Shown here: positions 38,925-42,543 of the stretch, piece by piece | How the letters are laid out: every line of letters starts with the position of its first letter | Numbering within the stretch: position 1 is the stretch's first letter | Sequence record: DRR723986_591 | Direction: 5' to 3' (one strand) | DNA length: 42,543 nt | Notes under the pieces: generated by a model | Databases searched by the model: none | What the model saw: only the letters and a program-made list of their open reading frames with translations | Told to the model about the DNA's origin: nothing | Program-made: the position numbers and the translations under genes

Positions 38925-39577
38925 TGTTTAGGCCAAAACTCTTATGTCAGGTGTTTTGTGTTGTTTTGCTCGGGGGTGCCTCAGAGGCTTGCGCCCAGCC
39001 GCGAGATCTTTTTGTACCACTTGGACGGTGTTCTGGTACCTATCGAGAGTTGTTGCGACACAGTGGAAGCTCAACGGCATTTCGTGAAGAGTTCCGCGAC
39101 GCATCAATTGCGAGCCCGATTGTGATGCCGCCTTTTGAAACACTTGACGAAGACGGAGCATCGGCGACAGGATTCTGGGACAAGCTTCATCAAGAGCAAC
39201 TGAAGACTGACGAGCCGTTTCGGAGGGTTTACGCAAAAATGAACGCAAAGCAACAGGTTCCATTTTTAGGAGCTTACATTGAGCGTTTTGGATTGGAAGC
39301 GTTAGAACACGAAGCGGTTGCCAAGAGGCTAAGTATGTCAGATGGTCAACGCGTCAAGTTGGCAAAGTTGATCGAATTTGAACAGGAGCGGGCGAGAAGG
39401 CTCTGGGATGAGAATAAGTATGTCGAAATCGCAGACAAGAGCGAGGTGCCCGCGATGCGTCACAGTTGGTCGCTACGACTGACTGCGAAACTTCTGACAA
39501 CGGAGCAGCGCGAAGAGTTGGAGCGACTTCGCAGCGTAGCAAACAAAGTCCAGCCTACGTTTACTCTTGGGCTTTAA
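38924..39577 (+). CDS. Exported helical protein with LTxxQ-like (Spy/CpxP-like) motifs
   Basis: GTG start overlapping the upstream TAG, signal-like leader ending EACA-Q, and motifs LSMSDGQRVKL and LLTTEQREEL. Confidence 0.6.
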   Translation: MFRPKLLCQVFCVVLLGGASEACAQPRDLFVPLGRCSGTYRELLRHSGSSTAFREEFRDASIASPIVMPPFETLDEDGASATGFWDKLHQEQLKTDEPFRRVYAKMNAKQQVPFLGAYIERFGLEALEHEAVAKRLSMSDGQRVKLAKLIEFEQERARRLWDENKYVEIADKSEVPAMRHSWSLRLTAKLLTTEQREELERLRSVANKVQPTFTLGL

Positions 39578-39684
39578 GCACTTTGTCGCACCCAGAGTGG
39601 TTCGTTTTCAAGCATCAGGGCTATTCTGTTGTCGCATCTGTAAAGAATGCTTTCCGGTGTGGTTTCTTGTTAGGGAGTCGATTC

Positions 39685-40488
39685 ATGTTCCGATTCTACT
39701 TGTTCGGTGTCCTATCACTCGGCTTCGTCGGCGAGTCCATTGCGGACATGACGGTACAAGAGTGCGTCCAACGCATTAGACTTGAACGCGAACGAGTCGA
39801 GACCTACGTGGCCAAAGTTACTGCCATTACCTACGGCACGGAAGTTGCAACTACTGGGGATTCTTGGAAAATCGCTGGCAAGCACGAGTACGAATGCGCC
39901 TTTGATGCTGAACGAAAGTCCTTGCTCATTACGAGGACATCTTTTGGGTCACGGTTCTCACCAAGACGCGGTGGACTTTTACTGCAGCGAGGCGATGACA
40001 TTGCCGTTGCCGACCAGGGGATTTTGACAACTTCAGTTCGGCAGCACGGGCAACTCTTGATGGGGCCAGACGAGAATTTTCTGAACCCGATGCTCGTCGG
40101 ACTAGCAGGCCAGGCTGAGATGCGCCATTTCGTACGGACCGAAGATTTCTTTAAGTCGTGGGGAGTTCCGAAGGCGGTAACCTGGAAGTTGAAGGATGGC
40201 GGGGATCAACTCGTTTTTGATCGAGGAAGGGAGAAGGTCGTATTCGACAAGCGTTTTGAGTTTGGTGTTACCCAGTATGCAAACGACAACTCGGGGATTG
40301 CTTACAAATGCAAGTACAAGGAGGTGAACGGGATCTGGCTGCCAAGCTCGGCGAGAATCAAGAGCAAGGCGGGAGTAGACATGTTAGTAGACATCGAGTG
40401 GGTTTCCGTTAACCGGCCGATTGACGAGAAGTTGTTTGACCCGAAATGGATTGCTCGACAAACTGGGCTAGAGTGGGAGGCCCAGTAG
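39685..40488 (+). CDS. Exported hypothetical protein, probable LolA-like/lipoprotein-sorting fold
   Basis: GGGAG RBS, signal peptide ending ESIA-D, and C-terminal YKEVNGIWLP...VNRPIDEKLFDP typical of LolA-like proteins. Confidence 0.7.
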   Translation: MFRFYLFGVLSLGFVGESIADMTVQECVQRIRLERERVETYVAKVTAITYGTEVATTGDSWKIAGKHEYECAFDAERKSLLITRTSFGSRFSPRRGGLLLQRGDDIAVADQGILTTSVRQHGQLLMGPDENFLNPMLVGLAGQAEMRHFVRTEDFFKSWGVPKAVTWKLKDGGDQLVFDRGREKVVFDKRFEFGVTQYANDNSGIAYKCKYKEVNGIWLPSSARIKSKAGVDMLVDIEWVSVNRPIDEKLFDPKWIARQTGLEWEAQ

Positions 40489-40493
40489 CGAGG

Positions 40494-40862
40494 CTAGCTT
40501 CGCCAACGAGCGATGGCTTCTGGTAGGGGATAATCAACAACGGACATATCGCTACGTCGCTGCTGTAATTCTCGAAGTCGCTGGAAGCCTCGTGTCAGCA
40601 GTTCCGATCTTTGACGCACGAATGCTTGATCTAGCTGCCGGCGGTCAAGTTCGCCTGTGACCTCAACCGGTGGAGCAAAGTCATCGTGCTGAATGTACTG
40701 CGCCAGCGATGGGTTGCACCGAAGATGGCATTCCCGACGTGTGTGAAGCGTCTCTGGATCCACCCACCCAACCACATACTGGAGGTAGAGCGCGCTTTCG
40801 TCTAAACGCTTGACTTCTTCACCACAGACCTCGCACAGATATCCTTCGTCGCACCTTGCCAT
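40494..40862 (-). CDS. Cys/His-rich hypothetical protein, co-oriented directly downstream of dapB
   Basis: MARCDEGYLCEVCG...ECHLRCNP; starts 6 nt after the dapB stop. Confidence 0.75.
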   Translation of the reverse strand: MARCDEGYLCEVCGEEVKRLDESALYLQYVVGWVDPETLHTRRECHLRCNPSLAQYIQHDDFAPPVEVTGELDRRQLDQAFVRQRSELLTRGFQRLRELQQRRSDMSVVDYPLPEAIARWRS

Positions 40863-40868
40863 GGCGGG

Positions 40869-41663
40869 CTACTTGATACCAAGGACGTCGAACATATCGT
40901 ACATCCCGGGCCCCTTGCCGACCAAGAATTTGGCTGCGGCCAACGCGCCCGAGGCATAGCAATCGCGATTTGATGCACCTACTCGGAGCTCAATCGTTTC
41001 ACCCATCATGCCGAAAATGATTGTATGCTGGCCTGGATCATCGCCAGTCCGAACGGCGTGGTAACCGATCTCGTCCTGACCACGTGCCCCGCATAGCCCT
41101 TCGCGGCCATGTACATGCTTCTCGATCCCCATTTGGTCAGCGATCAGTTCGCCGAACTTAAGGGCAGTTCCACTTGGTGAGTCTTCTTTGAAGCGGTGGT
41201 GGCGTTCGATAATCTCAACATCTGTTCCTTGAGGGACGTTCTTTAGTGCCGCACCAGCTTGTTCGGCAAGCTTCATTGTCAGGTTTACAGCCAACGACAT
41301 GTTGGGCGCCCAGCAAATCGGGATATCATTCGCAGCATCGCGGACGAGCTGCATTTGAGCGTCGTTTAAACCTGTGGTGGCAACGACAAGCGGCACACCC
41401 GCCGAGCGGCACTGTTTCACGGCCGCCTCGCAGCCCGCCGGCACGGAGAAGTCGATCGCAGTATCGCACTCAGGCCACTTGTCCGATAGTGGCAAATCAA
41501 GCTGTCCAACACCTGCGATGGTTCCAGCGTCTTGCCCCAACAATGGGCTGGATGGGCTATCGACGGCCCCTGCAATCATCAGATCTTTGTCTTCGCTGCC
41601 GAGAGCAATGAGCCGCTTGCCCATTCGTCCAGCGGCTCCATGAATGGTCACTCGAATCGTCAT
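40869..41663 (-). CDS. dapB: 4-hydroxy-tetrahydrodipicolinate reductase
   Basis: IHGAAGRMG, IDFS, VVATTG, APNMSL, EIIERHHRFKEDSPSGTA and GQHTIIF. ATG 41663. Confidence 0.97.
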   Translation of the reverse strand: MTIRVTIHGAAGRMGKRLIALGSEDKDLMIAGAVDSPSSPLLGQDAGTIAGVGQLDLPLSDKWPECDTAIDFSVPAGCEAAVKQCRSAGVPLVVATTGLNDAQMQLVRDAANDIPICWAPNMSLAVNLTMKLAEQAGAALKNVPQGTDVEIIERHHRFKEDSPSGTALKFGELIADQMGIEKHVHGREGLCGARGQDEIGYHAVRTGDDPGQHTIIFGMMGETIELRVGASNRDCYASGALAAAKFLVGKGPGMYDMFDVLGIK

Positions 41664-42060
41664 TTTCTGGTCCCTACGTGGCCCGGCACAATCGCAAATA
41701 TCAGGCAGACATCGTAGTCGATCTGTCCAAGAACGAGAACGGGACGGCCGTATCGTGTGATCCGCTCCTTTCGCTGCATGCGTTGCAAGCTGCAATCACC
41801 GTAGTGCAGGCAGCTCGCCTGCACACACGCATAATGCGTTCCAAGACAGCAAGCACGCTCCATCCGCAGCCCATTTTACACTTGCCGGAGCTTCGTTTCA
41901 CTCGTTACGGCCCATGTTCTTCCTGGCACCTCAAACGCAACGCGGGGGACGTCGGCGGTAATGCCGCAGGGGCGGTTTGGTGGTTCACTTCTACGAGGTC
42001 AAGCTAGTCGATGAATTGCATCGGATCGTCAACAAATTCACAAAGGGATGATCTGGCGTT

Positions 42061-42298
42061 AAAGACGCAGAGGTGCTGAGAACGCAGAGTTTGTGTTCAC
42101 GTGGCTTCTCGGCGTTTCAGAACCTGTCGAATATGGCTGCGCACAACAGGCAGTAGCTTCGGGGAGGGAGGTAAAGGAACGACTTCCTTTGCATCGCTAA
42201 GGCCGAACGAGTGGGATCTTGTGAAGGATTTAGAAACGCAGAGATGCAGAGAACGCGGAGTCTCGTTCGCGCGGCTTCTCGGCGTTCCCTGCGTTTCA
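42061..42298. repeat. Two copies of an approximately 60-nt imperfect palindromic element (ACGCAGAG-type REP-like)
   Basis: ACGCAGAGGTGCTGAGAACGCAGAG...TTCACGTGGCTTCTCGGCGTT (about 42065-42118) versus ACGCAGAGATGCAGAGAACGCGGAG...TTCGCGCGGCTTCTCGGCGTT (about 42236-42287). The second copy closes with AAACGCAG/CTGCGTTT. Confidence 0.65.
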
Positions 42299-42432
42299 CA
42301 ACTATCAAGCATCGCTACTTCCTCAAGCCCGGTCGATAGGAATCGGCAACTGGCGGATGTTGCCCTTGGTGTCGTAGTGGGGCTGAAGCTGAGGCCGGCT
42401 GCGCCGGAAGGGGGATGAAGGGAATCTGGCGA

Positions 42433-42528
42433 GAGAAGAACCGGCTGCGCCGGTTGAGGAAGAGTCGGCTGGGTCGGTTGAGGAAGAGTCGGCTGCGCCG
42501 GTTGAGGAAGAGTCGGCTGCGCCGGTTG
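42433..42528. repeat. 24-bp tandem repeat (GAGGAAGAGTCGGCTGCGCCGGTT), about 4 copies
   Basis: Two exact and two variant abutting units. The period is a multiple of 3, so it probably lies inside a gene cut by the window edge. Confidence 0.88.
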
Positions 42529-42543
42529 CAGGCAGGCTGCCTG

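Noticed and set aside
41664-42060. Lysine riboswitch upstream of dapB
   Set aside because: No recognisable L-box consensus or terminator is visible by eye. An Rfam scan would be needed to exclude it formally.
42433-42528. Possible CRISPR array
   Set aside because: The units abut with no unique spacers, and there are no cas genes. It is a simple tandem repeat.

Overview
A gene-dense bacterial window that looks like a planctomycete (Pirellulaceae-like). This is inferred from the Tat-exported DUF1501 protein, the Zn-ribbon fusion, the squalene-oxidase-repeat and PQQ-repeat proteins, and the general gene repertoire. The left end holds a GTAG-type REP doublet, a terminator, a small class II-like c-type cytochrome, a GT4 glycosyltransferase, a phoR-phoU-phoB cluster directly downstream of tRNA-Phe(GAA), and a DUF4177-like gene. 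The centre (6637-20450) is a 14-kb co-oriented nine-gene envelope cluster and the best candidate for an undescribed system. It encodes an alpha/alpha-toroid plus HEAT protein, two paralogous single-pass proteins with TonB/TolA-like architecture, ExbB/TolQ, ExbD, a Zn-ribbon-ExbD, a large TM/TPR/PQQ-propeller protein, an orphan TPR plus SBP5-like protein, and an unknown exported protein. No TonB-dependent receptor, TolB/Pal or ABC permease lies in that cluster. The right part carries a CSD protein, yqgE/algH, pdxH, an RDD protein, actP with DUF485, priA, nadD, a tricorn-like S41 protease, a beta-helix protein, a Cys-rich protein, DUF1501, an LplT-like MFS transporter, a duplicated LolA-like gene pair (one copy frameshifted) around a Spy/CpxP-like gene, dapB, REP-like hairpins and a 24-bp tandem repeat. 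All family calls come from motif recognition by eye, not from database searches.
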